DNA from: Vicinamibacteria bacterium
Lineage (GTDB): Bacteria; Acidobacteriota; Vicinamibacteria; Marinacidobacterales; Marinacidobacteraceae
Length of the DNA stretch: 64,000 nt
Direction of reading: 5' to 3'
NCBI GenBank assembly: GCA_963422395.1
Contig: OY729431.1
Location: 384,001 to 448,000 of the forward strand
Shown: positions 29,524 to 38,601 of the stretch, piece after piece
How positions within the stretch are numbered: position 1 is the first letter of the stretch
Layout of the letters: every line of letters starts with the position of its first letter
Position numbers and translations under genes: made by a program
The notes under the pieces: generated by a model
What the model saw: the letters and a program-made list of their open reading frames with translations, nothing else
What the model was told of the DNA's origin: nothing
Databases searched by the model: none

Positions 29524-29661
29524 CTGCGCCGCGCCCGAGCTGGAGGCTCGGTCGCAACGGGTGTTTTTGGGCCGCGGCCGGGAATCGCGTGGGGTCTCCC
29601 CTTGGGCTGATAGGATGACCCGTTCCCTGCAGCGCGTCCGGCGCTGCACTGCAACCCCGCG

Positions 29662-29994
29662 ATGACACCCGAGGAACTTCGCCTCCATGAGCAGAACCTG
29701 CTCGCCAAGAAGGCGGACATCGAGAAGCTCGTCCATACCCGAGCCTTTTCCAGAACTCCTCCCCACGGGGACGACGGGGACCGTTCTCTGGCGGCGACCG
29801 ACGACGAGATCGTGATCCAGCTCCAGCAGAACGACGCCAAGTTGCTGCGGGCGATCGAGAAGGCCCTCGCCCGGATCGAAACCGGAGAATTCGGAATCTG
29901 CTCCGATTGCGAGGAGGAGATCCCGCGCGCGCGCCTAGAGGCGGTGCCCTGGACCCGGGTCTGCGTCGCCTGCAAGGAACGCCAGTACTCCTGA
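29662..29994 (+). CDS. TraR/DksA family C4 zinc-finger protein
   Basis: GDDGD coiled-coil tip, IEKALARIETGEFGICSDCEEEIPRARLEAVPW..CVACKE. Confidence 0.9.
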   Translation: MTPEELRLHEQNLLAKKADIEKLVHTRAFSRTPPHGDDGDRSLAATDDEIVIQLQQNDAKLLRAIEKALARIETGEFGICSDCEEEIPRARLEAVPWTRVCVACKERQYS

Positions 29995-30022
29995 CCGGCG
30001 CGCCGAGGGCCGCCTGAATCCT

Positions 30023-30814
30023 GTGGATCTGGGAATCGCGGGGAGGGTCGCCGTAGTCGCCGCCGCAAGCCGGGGGCTCGGACGCGCAGTCGCCGAGGCG
30101 CTCGGGGCCGAGGGAGTCCGTCTGGCGATCGGAGCGCGCGGCGAGGAGACGCTCGAACGGACCGCGGCAGCCATTCGTAAACGCCACGGCGTGGAGGTCC
30201 TCGCCCATCGGGTGGATGTGGGCGATCCTGACGCTACTGCCGGATTCGTGCGTGCCGCGGAGGATCGTTTCGGCCAGGTGGACATCCTGGTCACGAACGC
30301 CGGCGGTCCGCCGCCGACCCGGCTTCGGGACACCACCCCCGAGCAGTGGCGGAGTGCGATCGAGGAGAACCTGCTCTCCTGCGTCCACCTCGTCCGCGCC
30401 GCGCTCCCGGGAATGACCCGGCGCCGCTGGGGCCGCATCCTCGCCATCGCTTCGGTTTCGGTGAAGCAGCCGGTTCCGGACATCATCCTCTCGAACACCG
30501 CCCGTTCCGGGATCGCCGGATTCATGAAGTCGGTTGCGAACGAAGCGGCGCCCCACGGGGTGCTCGCCAATGTGCTGTGCCCGGGATACACTCGGACCGA
30601 CCGGCTCGTGGAGCTCGCCGATCAGCTGGCGAAGGCGCGGAGAGTTCCCGCCGCCGCGGTGTACGCCGAATGGGCGGCGGACATTCCGCTCGGAAGAGTG
30701 GGCGAACCCGAGGAGTTCGGCGCCGCGGCCGCCTTCCTCGCCTCCGAACGCGCTAGTTACATCACCGGAACCGTCCTGGCGGTGGACGGCGGCCACATCC
30801 GGAGCGTTACCTGA
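30023..30814 (+). CDS. SDR family oxidoreductase
   Basis: AASRGLG, DILVTNAGGPP, LSNTAR, PGYTRTDR, IPLGRVG.PEEF, VDGG. Confidence 0.9.
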   Translation: MDLGIAGRVAVVAAASRGLGRAVAEALGAEGVRLAIGARGEETLERTAAAIRKRHGVEVLAHRVDVGDPDATAGFVRAAEDRFGQVDILVTNAGGPPPTRLRDTTPEQWRSAIEENLLSCVHLVRAALPGMTRRRWGRILAIASVSVKQPVPDIILSNTARSGIAGFMKSVANEAAPHGVLANVLCPGYTRTDRLVELADQLAKARRVPAAAVYAEWAADIPLGRVGEPEEFGAAAAFLASERASYITGTVLAVDGGHIRSVT

Positions 30815-31010
30815 ACGAAGGCTCAGGGGCCGAGAGACAGGCGTGTGAACAGCTCTGCCGATGGGTGTTCGACCGGTTCTCCTGCCGAAGTCTTGCCGGG
30901 AGTGTCCGATCATCGAGGCGGGCGTCCGTGATCCGCCATGCCCTTCCGACTGAGTGCGAGGTTTCCCATGACGCGATGAAGATCGCGGGTGCTCAGCGGA
31001 CCGTGCTGCC

Positions 31011-31622
31011 TTAGAGCGTAGGAAATTGCTCGGGCGAGGATCGTCGGAGCGCCGCGATCGTTCGTGCGAGACTGGGGGAGCGGCAGGAGGCGCGCTCGGG
31101 GTCCCAGCGGGTGGCGGCGAATGCGATGACCCGGCTCGTGTACTCGGGGCCGACCTCTCGCCCGCTGCCCGGACGGGGAGTCATCGCCCGGCGAATATCC
31201 TGTCGCCGAGAACGGCCGCAGGCGGCCACCAGGTCGCGTTTCGGGTCTTCCCGGCTGTCTGGATGGTCGGGGAGATGTTTCCTGGCTACGGAGAATTCGT
31301 CGGCGAAACCCGCATCATCCGCGAGTAGCCAACTCTCCGAGGCTCGAACGACGATCCGGAGATGCAGTCCCGGTGCGATCTCTTCCCCGGCCAGCAGATG
31401 GCGGACCAGCGCCGAGGCGCAAGGAGCATCGTGATCGAGGTCGCGGAGGATCAGCCAGCTCATTCTGACAGCCGATCGGTTCAGCCCCGGAATCTTCGGG
31501 TCCAGCTTCGTCTTGCCTCCGGCTTCGATGGGCTCGAACGGTTCTCGTCCGACGAGCCGAAGAATCCGTTCGGCGATGGGGACATCGGTCTGCCCTTCCA
31601 CCGCGACCCGGACCGCGGTCAT
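31011..31622 (-). CDS. DUF4276-like / TOPRIM-fold protein
   Basis: VAVEGQTD, LILRDLD..CA, RASESWLLAD, DPK, SPSL; ATGA-coupled to the upstream ATPase. Confidence 0.72.
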   Translation of the reverse strand: MTAVRVAVEGQTDVPIAERILRLVGREPFEPIEAGGKTKLDPKIPGLNRSAVRMSWLILRDLDHDAPCASALVRHLLAGEEIAPGLHLRIVVRASESWLLADDAGFADEFSVARKHLPDHPDSREDPKRDLVAACGRSRRQDIRRAMTPRPGSGREVGPEYTSRVIAFAATRWDPERASCRSPSLARTIAALRRSSPEQFPTL

Positions 31623-32791
31623 GTTTCGGTGAGTCGGAACGGAAGCTTCCGGATCCCTTTCGGGGCCGTCTTCGGCGCCGCGATGTCCGCGAGGCTCAGG
31701 CCGGCGTCGAGTAGCTGCTGGACATCGGACATCGAGTCGAGTGTCTTGGCCTCGGTCCCTTCGGCGCCCGGAATCAGCAGCACCACCTCGTCCTTGCCCA
31801 GCCCCTCGTCGTGCAGCATCTCCTTCGAATGGGTCGTCAGCAGGACCTGCGGCCCGCCGGCGGCACGGACCCGGCTGAGGATTCCCGGCAGCTCGCGGAC
31901 CACCGCCGCGTGGAGCGATAGTTCGGGCTCTTCGAGCAGCAGCGGGCTGCCCCCTCCTCTCTTCTTCGACGCGGCCAGCACCGACCACAACAATCCGATC
32001 AGCCGCAGCGTCCCGTCGGAGAAGTCCTGTTCGTTCTGACGAGCGCCCTTTGGACGCCAGTGCTGGTAGCGGGCCTCCAGGTGCCAGTTCCCACGCTGAT
32101 CCTGAACGAGTTCCAGGTGGTCCAGCTGGGGGACGGCGGTGCGAAGGGCCTGGCCGATCCGCCCCAGCCGCTGCTTCCGGGTCTTCTCCGGGGTTTCCGC
32201 GATCCGCCGCAGAAAGTCGCCGCCGTAGGGACTCGAGCGACCTTCGCCCGCGAATCCGGGGTTCCGGAGAAGCTGCGGAACCAGGTGCAGATAGGTGATG
32301 GAGCGTAGGAATTCGGCGATCTCGCGGAAGCCGCGGTTTTCCCCCATCTGCTCCAGATGGGTCTGGGTGAGCCGCTCGGAATCCTGCCGGTCTTCTTCGA
32401 TAGGCCTCCGTAGCACCGTCTCCCCGCTCTTTTGCACCACTTCCGAAAAAAGGATCGGACGATGCTTACCGCGCGGTTCTGCCGAAAAGGCGAGCTCGTA
32501 ACTCCAACGGCGCGGTTCCTGGGCCTCTCCGATCTCGATTCCGATCGTGACCTGTCCGTGGTTGTGGTTCCGGGCGGCGAGACAGCGCACCCGGGTGAGC
32601 CCGCCGCGGCTCGCGACGGCATGCTGGAAACCGCCTCCGGTCGAGGCGAGCTCGCGGAGGAAACGCAAGGCGTCGAGCAGGTTCGACTTGCCGGAGGCGT
32701 TCGGGCCGACCACCAGCATCCGGTCCTGAAGATCGAAGTCCGCCTTCTTGAAGTTCCGCCAGTTGTGGAGGGTGAGATGGGTGAGGCGCAC
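31619..32791 (-). CDS. ABC-type ATPase (AAA_21/AbiEii-like)
   Basis: NWRNF, GPNASGKSN, FSDGTLRL, LLLEEPELSLH, TTHS. Confidence 0.88.
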   Translation of the reverse strand: MRLTHLTLHNWRNFKKADFDLQDRMLVVGPNASGKSNLLDALRFLRELASTGGGFQHAVASRGGLTRVRCLAARNHNHGQVTIGIEIGEAQEPRRWSYELAFSAEPRGKHRPILFSEVVQKSGETVLRRPIEEDRQDSERLTQTHLEQMGENRGFREIAEFLRSITYLHLVPQLLRNPGFAGEGRSSPYGGDFLRRIAETPEKTRKQRLGRIGQALRTAVPQLDHLELVQDQRGNWHLEARYQHWRPKGARQNEQDFSDGTLRLIGLLWSVLAASKKRGGGSPLLLEEPELSLHAAVVRELPGILSRVRAAGGPQVLLTTHSKEMLHDEGLGKDEVVLLIPGAEGTEAKTLDSMSDVQQLLDAGLSLADIAAPKTAPKGIRKLPFRLTET

Positions 32792-32939
32792 CGCCACCGG
32801 AGCGTACCAAACCAACAGGCGGAACGGCAGGGGCGCGGGCAGCGGGCTGCGTTGACTGCCGCCGCCCGATTCGGTACTTTCCGTCCACTTTCCCTACTAC
32901 CGAGAACTCCCTGGAACTTCCGAAAGCCGAGCCGCTCCC

Positions 32940-34967
32940 TTGAATTCCCTGCTCTGGCTCGTCCCTGCGCTGCCCGGGCTCGGTGCGGTGCTGAACGGAC
33001 TCTTCGGGCGGCGCCTCGGCAAGCGGCTCTCCGCCGCGGTCGCCTGCGGTTCGGTGGCAGCGTCGTTCCTGATCGCGCTCGGGTTCTTCTTCTCGGTCTT
33101 CCTCGCCGAGGGCGGCGCCTCCGCGCGGATCGAACAGTCGCTCTTCTCCTGGATCCCGAGCATGGGGGTGGACTGGGCCTACCGGCTCGACTCGCTCTCG
33201 ATGGTGATGACGCTGGTGGTCACCGGGATCGGGTTGCTGATCCACATCTATTCGATCGGCTACATGAGCGCCGACGCCGGTTTCAGTCGCTTCTTCGCCT
33301 ACCTCAACCTGTTCACCTTCTTCATGCTGAATCTGGTGCTCGGGGCGAACATGCTGCTGCTGTTCATCGGCTGGGAGGGGGTAGGGCTCTGTTCCTACCT
33401 CCTGATCGGCTTCTGGTTCGAGCGGCCGGCGGCGGCGCAGGCGGGCAAGAAGGCCTTCGTGGTGAACCGGATCGGGGACGCCGGCTTCATCCTCGCGGTG
33501 ATGCTCACCTTCGTCACCTTCGGCACCCTCGACTTCTACGGGGTGATGGGGCAGATCTCGGAAGCGGGGACGAGCGGCGGGGCGCTCACCGCGATCGGCA
33601 TCCTGCTCTTCGTCGGCGCCGCCGGAAAGTCGGCGCAGATTCCGCTCTATGTGTGGCTGCCCGATGCGATGGAGGGGCCGACCCCGGTGTCCGCCCTCAT
33701 CCACGCCGCCACGATGGTGACCGCCGGGGTGTACATGGTGGCCCGCTCGGGAGTGCTCTATGCGCACGCTCCTGCGGCGATGGCGCTGGTGGCCGCCGTG
33801 GGGGCGCTGACCGCGCTCTTCGCGGCTTCCATCGCACTCTTCCAGAACGACATCAAGAAGGTCCTCGCCTACTCCACCGTCTCCCAACTCGGTTACATGT
33901 TTCTCGGTGCCGGCGTCGGGGCCTTCGGGGCGGCGATCTTCCACCTGATGACCCACGCCTTCTTCAAGGCGTGCCTGTTCCTCGGTTCGGGGAGCGTCAT
34001 CCACGCGATGGAGCACGCCGAGCACGCCTCCGGCGGGCGCCGCTCGTACACCGAAATGCAGGACATGCGGAACATGGGCGGGCTCGCCCGCCATATGCCC
34101 CGCACCGCCTGGACCTTCATGATCGCCACCGCAGCGATCGCCGGACTCCCGCCGCTCGCCGGGTTCTTCAGCAAGGACGAGATCCTCTGGAAGGCGACCG
34201 ACGGCGGCCATGTCACGATGCTCTGGGTGCTGGGCGCGGCGGCGGCGGCGTTGACCGCCTTCTACATGACTCGGCAGGTCCTCATGACCTTCTGGGGCGA
34301 CTTCCGCGGCGGTGCGGCCATGGAGCGGAAGCTCCACGAATCCTCTCCCTCGATGACCGTTCCGCTGATCGTGCTCGCCGCCGGCTCGGTGGTCGCCGGG
34401 TTCGTTGGAGTGCCGGCGGTGCTCGGCGGGGCGAACCGCATCGAACATTTCCTCGAGCCCGCGATCCTCGCCGGGGGGCACGCCGCCGCCGAGACCCACC
34501 ACGGCTCCGCGGCAGTGGAATATGCCTTCATGGCGGTCTCGGTGGCGCTCGCCGCTGCCGGGATCTGGTTCGCTTGGCGCCGCTACCGGACGAACCCCAC
34601 CCGCGACGCCGCCCTCGCCGGAAGCGGCGCCTACCGGCTGCTGCTCGACAAATACCGGGTGGACGAGCTCTACGACGCTGGAGCGGTCGGCGGAACGCTC
34701 CGGGGCGGGGAGGCGCTCTACCGCTTCGATCAGCGGGTGGTGGACGGCGCGGTGAACGGGGCCGCTTCGGCGACCCGGCTCACCGGCGACCTCTCCGACC
34801 TGAGCGACCAGAACCTGGTGGACCGGTCGGTCGACATGGTGGCCGAGATCCTGGGCGCCGCCTCCGGCCGGTTCCGCCGGCTGCAGACCGGACTCTTCCA
34901 GAACTACGCCCTGCTCATGCTGTTCGCCGTGATCCTGCTCGGCGGGGCCCTCTACCTGTGGGGCTGA
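32940..34967 (+). CDS. nuoL: NADH-quinone oxidoreductase subunit L with extended lateral helix
   Basis: GWEGVGLCSYLLIGFW, KAFVVNRIGD, GKSAQIPLYVWLPDAMEGPTPVSALIHAATMV, DIKKVLAYSTVSQLGYM, GFFSKDEIL, LQTG. Confidence 0.96.
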   Translation: MNSLLWLVPALPGLGAVLNGLFGRRLGKRLSAAVACGSVAASFLIALGFFFSVFLAEGGASARIEQSLFSWIPSMGVDWAYRLDSLSMVMTLVVTGIGLLIHIYSIGYMSADAGFSRFFAYLNLFTFFMLNLVLGANMLLLFIGWEGVGLCSYLLIGFWFERPAAAQAGKKAFVVNRIGDAGFILAVMLTFVTFGTLDFYGVMGQISEAGTSGGALTAIGILLFVGAAGKSAQIPLYVWLPDAMEGPTPVSALIHAATMVTAGVYMVARSGVLYAHAPAAMALVAAVGALTALFAASIALFQNDIKKVLAYSTVSQLGYMFLGAGVGAFGAAIFHLMTHAFFKACLFLGSGSVIHAMEHAEHASGGRRSYTEMQDMRNMGGLARHMPRTAWTFMIATAAIAGLPPLAGFFSKDEILWKATDGGHVTMLWVLGAAAAALTAFYMTRQVLMTFWGDFRGGAAMERKLHESSPSMTVPLIVLAAGSVVAGFVGVPAVLGGANRIEHFLEPAILAGGHAAAETHHGSAAVEYAFMAVSVALAAAGIWFAWRRYRTNPTRDAALAGSGAYRLLLDKYRVDELYDAGAVGGTLRGGEALYRFDQRVVDGAVNGAASATRLTGDLSDLSDQNLVDRSVDMVAEILGAASGRFRRLQTGLFQNYALLMLFAVILLGGALYLWG

Positions 34968-35002
34968 CCTTCGTCGGCCCGGCCCGGAACCACCGCATCT
35001 GA

Positions 35003-36586
35003 ATGTTCGAGAACAACCCGTTCCAATTCCCGATCCTTTCGCTGGTCGTCTTCTTTCCGGCGATCGCGGCGCTCTTCATCCTCTTCTTCGTTCGCAAGAC
35101 CGACGAGAACCGCGTCCGCTGGCTGGCGAACGGCGCCGCGCTGATCGGCTTCCTGCTCTCGCTGCCGCTCTGGTTCGCCTTCGACGCTGCCGGACCGCAA
35201 TTCCAGTTCGGCGAGCGCTACGAATGGATTCCGAGCATCGGCGTCGAATACAACCTCGGCCTCGACGGGATCAGCCTGCTGCTGGTCCTGATGACGACTC
35301 TGCTCGGCTTCATCGCCATCCTCTCCTCTTGGAGATCGGTCACCGACCGGGTGAAGCAGTACTACATCTTCCTGTTGCTGCTGCAGACCGGGATGCTGGG
35401 TGTCTTCGTCGCGCTCGATTTCTTCCTGTTCTATGTGTTCTGGGAAGTGATGCTGGTCCCGATGTACTTCCTCATCGGGGTCTGGGGAGGCGCGAGAAAG
35501 CTCTACGCGGCGATCAAGTTCTTCCTCTACACCCTCGTCGGGAGCGTGCTGATGCTGCTCGGCATCCTCGCGCTCTATTTCGCCCACTACGGGGCGACCG
35601 GCGAATACACCTTCGATCTGCTCCGGCTCATGGAGACCTCGTACGCCTCCGGGCTGCAATTCTGGGTGTTCCTCGCCTTCTTCATCGGGTTCGCGATCAA
35701 GGTCCCGATGTTCCCCTTCCACACTTGGCTCCCCGACGCGCATGTGGAGGCGCCCACTGCGGGGTCGGTGATCCTGGCGGGAGTGCTCTTGAAGATGGGA
35801 ACCTACGGGTTCGTCCGCTTCTCGATTCCGCTGCTCCCCGAAGCCAGCCGGGAGGCGGTGTGGTGGGTGGCCACCCTCGCCATCATCGGGATCATCTACG
35901 GGGCGCTGGTGGCGCTGGTCCAGAAGGACTGGAAGAGCCTCGTCGCCTACAGCTCGGTGAGCCACCTCGGCTTCGTGATGCTCGGCATCTTCGCGTTGAA
36001 CAGTCTCGGGCTCGAAGGCGGCATCCTCCAGATGATCAACCACGGGCTCTCCACCGGAGGACTCTTCCTGCTGGTCGGCATCATGTACGAGCAGCGCCAC
36101 ACCCGCGAGATCGCCGCCTACGGGGGGATCGCCAAGGTGGTGCCCAAGTACGCCGCGCTCTTCCTCATCATCGCGCTCTCCTCGATGGGCCTGCCGATGC
36201 TCAACGGTTTCATCGGGGAATTCCTGATCCTGCAGGGCATCTTCCAGGTGGACTGGGTGTACGCGGCTTTCGCCGTGTCCGGGATCGTGCTCGGCGCTGC
36301 CTATCTGCTCTGGCTCTATCAGCGGCTCATGTTCGGCAAGCTGGACAAGGAGGAGAACCGCGGCCTCGCCGACCTGACGAGCCGCGAGAACGCGACCCTC
36401 GTGCCCATCGTCGCGCTCTGTATCTTCATCGGGGTCTATCCCAAGCCGTTCCTCGAGAAGTTGGCGGTGCCGGTCCGAGCCATCGTGGAGCGGGTCTATC
36501 CGGACCGTGCCGAGGCCGCCGAACTCTCGATTCCTCCGGCGGAGCCCGGCTCTTCGGGAACGGTCTCCCTCCCGAGCGACGACTGA
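35003..36586 (+). CDS. nuoM: NADH-quinone oxidoreductase subunit M
   Basis: LGLDGIS, FWEVMLVPMYFLIGVWG, KVPMFPFHTWLPDAHVEAPT, AYSSVSHLG, GFIGEF. Confidence 0.96.
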   Translation: MFENNPFQFPILSLVVFFPAIAALFILFFVRKTDENRVRWLANGAALIGFLLSLPLWFAFDAAGPQFQFGERYEWIPSIGVEYNLGLDGISLLLVLMTTLLGFIAILSSWRSVTDRVKQYYIFLLLLQTGMLGVFVALDFFLFYVFWEVMLVPMYFLIGVWGGARKLYAAIKFFLYTLVGSVLMLLGILALYFAHYGATGEYTFDLLRLMETSYASGLQFWVFLAFFIGFAIKVPMFPFHTWLPDAHVEAPTAGSVILAGVLLKMGTYGFVRFSIPLLPEASREAVWWVATLAIIGIIYGALVALVQKDWKSLVAYSSVSHLGFVMLGIFALNSLGLEGGILQMINHGLSTGGLFLLVGIMYEQRHTREIAAYGGIAKVVPKYAALFLIIALSSMGLPMLNGFIGEFLILQGIFQVDWVYAAFAVSGIVLGAAYLLWLYQRLMFGKLDKEENRGLADLTSRENATLVPIVALCIFIGVYPKPFLEKLAVPVRAIVERVYPDRAEAAELSIPPAEPGSSGTVSLPSDD

Positions 36587-36691
36587 GATCTCCGACCCCC
36601 GGGCTCTCACAACGAGTTCCTCCCCCGGCCGGGGGAGGAGTCCGGCGGATCGTCGCGAGAAGAGAGTTGCCGGAAGGAGCGCTTCCTGACA

Positions 36692-36967
36692 GTGACGGAG
36701 CCTCCGATCGCGCCCCGCGCCCGGATGCTGACGCTTCTGAGCCTCGGTTTTTCGGTGCCGACAGCCATCCTGATGGGCGGCGCCGGGGGCTTTCTGCTCG
36801 ACCGCTGGCTCGGCACCGCGCCCTGGCTCTTCCTGGCGCTCCTGGGCTGCGGGATCGCCGCCGGCCTGCGGAATGTGATTCGAGCCGCCTCCGCGGCGGC
36901 GGGAGCGGACCCGGAGGAGCCCCCTGGATCAGGGACTTCCGAAAGCGGAGGGTCCGATCCTCGATGA
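36692..36967 (+). CDS. AtpZ/AtpI family protein
   Basis: GGFLLDRWLGTAPW..LLG.GIAAG; upstream of atpB. Confidence 0.8.
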   Translation: MTEPPIAPRARMLTLLSLGFSVPTAILMGGAGGFLLDRWLGTAPWLFLALLGCGIAAGLRNVIRAASAAAGADPEEPPGSGTSESGGSDPR

Positions 36968-37461
36968 GCTCTCCGAATCCGCCGCTCGCCCCGGGCCCGC
37001 CATCGGTCTCGGGCTCCGCGCCGGTCGCGCCCGAGGCGCGTCTCCTGCGCCGAGCGGTCGGGTTCGCTGCCGCCGGAAGCCTCGTCGGGCTCGCCTTCGG
37101 CCCCCGGATCGGGCTCTCGGTGCTCGGGGGAGCCGTGGTCTCGGTGCTGAACATCGTCGTCCTGCGGCGGGTGGCGGCGGGCTTCACCGCCTCCGGTTCG
37201 GCACGCTCGGCGCTGGCCCTCGCCGCGCTCACCGGAGTCCGCTATCTCTTGCTCGGCTCGGCGCTGTTTGCGATAATTGCGGTCTGGAACGCCGATGCGG
37301 TCGGCGTCGCTTTGGGGTTGGGCGCGCCGCTGCTGGCTGTCCTGCTGGAACTGGGAAGCGTGGGCTTCGGGGCCTTCCGGCCCCCGCAAGGCCATCCCTC
37401 CACCAGATCTGCCTCGACCGGGTCAGCCAACACCGGGTCGGCCAACCCCGGATCCGAATGA
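36964..37461 (+). CDS. atpI: ATP synthase protein I
   Basis: Four hydrophobic segments, GG.VVSVLN..L, VRYLLLG; ATGA overlap; position before atpB. Confidence 0.7.
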   Translation: MSSPNPPLAPGPPSVSGSAPVAPEARLLRRAVGFAAAGSLVGLAFGPRIGLSVLGGAVVSVLNIVVLRRVAAGFTASGSARSALALAALTGVRYLLLGSALFAIIAVWNADAVGVALGLGAPLLAVLLELGSVGFGAFRPPQGHPSTRSASTGSANTGSANPGSE

Positions 37462-37533
37462 CGAGGCCGACGGCGGTGGGTCTCCCCGCTTCGCCTGCCT
37501 GAAACGCCTGAAGCCGTTCCCTGAAGCCCGCAC

Positions 37534-38223
37534 ATGGAAATCCACCACATCTCGGCCCTCTCGCACTGGATCGAGGCATGGTTCCATGTCCATCCGCCGG
37601 ACCACCTGGTCATGGCGGTCTTCTGCGCGTTCCTGCTCTCCGGGTTCGCGATCTTCTTCCGCCGCCGCATCTCGGTGGAGAACCCCGGACGGGTGCAGTT
37701 GGTGCTCGAAGCGTTGGTCGGCGGGCTCCTCGCCCTGCTCCGGGACAATGTCGGCGCGAAGGGGCGGCCCTTCCTCGGCCTCGTCGGCACCCTCGCGCTG
37801 TTCATCCTGGTGAGCAACCTGTTCGGGCTGGTGCCGTTCTTCTCTTCGCCCACGGTCAGCATCAACATGCCGGTGGGCTGCGCACTGGTCGCCTTCCTCT
37901 ACTACAACTTCCAGGGGATCCGGGAGCACGGCGCGAAGAAGTACTTCGCGCACTTCCTGGGACCGAGCCCGTACCTCGCGGTCGTGATGCTCCCCATCGA
38001 AATCATCAGCCATCTGAGCCGCATCCTCTCGCTGTCGGTCCGGCTCTTCGGAAACATCTTCGGCGAAGAGCTCGTGGTGGTGGTGTTCGCCTTCCTGGTG
38101 CCCTTCGTGGTGCCGGTGCCGATGATGGCCTTCGGGGTCTTCGGCAGCACGCTGCAGGCGTTCGTGTTCACCATGCTCACCGTCATCTACCTCGGCGGCG
38201 CGGTCGCCGCGGAAGAACACTGA
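37534..38223 (+). CDS. atpB: ATP synthase Fo subunit a
   Basis: PGRVQL, SNLFGLVP, PIEIISHLSRILSLSVRLFGNI, LQAFVFTMLT.IY. Confidence 0.96.
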   Translation: MEIHHISALSHWIEAWFHVHPPDHLVMAVFCAFLLSGFAIFFRRRISVENPGRVQLVLEALVGGLLALLRDNVGAKGRPFLGLVGTLALFILVSNLFGLVPFFSSPTVSINMPVGCALVAFLYYNFQGIREHGAKKYFAHFLGPSPYLAVVMLPIEIISHLSRILSLSVRLFGNIFGEELVVVVFAFLVPFVVPVPMMAFGVFGSTLQAFVFTMLTVIYLGGAVAAEEH

Positions 38224-38258
38224 TTCCCCAAACTCCCCCAACACCAAGGAGAAACACC

Positions 38259-38582
38259 GTGCCCAACAAGCTTCGGACGACCCTGCTGGCCGTCTTCGGC
38301 GTCCTCGCCGCCGTCCCGGCCTTCGCCCAGGGAACCTGGGATCCGGTGGTGAGCCAGTGGGCGCTGATCTCGGCCGGCGGAGCGATCGCCATCGCCGCCG
38401 CCTTCGGCGCCACCGCTCAGGGACGCGCCGTCGTCGGCGCCTGCGAGGGCCTCGCCCGGAATCCCGGTGCGGCGCCGCAGATCCGGTTCTCGCTGCTCCT
38501 CGGACTGGTGCTGATCGAGTCGCTCGTCATCTACGCTTTCGTCACCGCGCTCATCATCTTCTTCGTCCTCTGGAACGGGTAA
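38259..38582 (+). CDS. atpE: ATP synthase Fo subunit c with N-terminal signal-like extension
   Basis: SD AAGGAG then GTG; AQG..ARNP loop, LIESLVIY ion-binding Glu. Confidence 0.95.
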   Translation: MPNKLRTTLLAVFGVLAAVPAFAQGTWDPVVSQWALISAGGAIAIAAAFGATAQGRAVVGACEGLARNPGAAPQIRFSLLLGLVLIESLVIYAFVTALIIFFVLWNG

Positions 38583-38601
38583 GGGCACAGGGCCCTTCCG
38601 G

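Noticed and set aside
29361-29570. tmRNA, RNase P RNA, SRP RNA or Moco riboswitch identity for the structured region
   Set aside because: I could not find their conserved sequence signatures, and the region lies downstream rather than upstream of the Moco gene
30815-31010. Intergenic stretch between the SDR and DUF4276 genes as a gene remnant or RNA
   Set aside because: No recognisable peptide motif in the frames I read and no convincing stem or repeat
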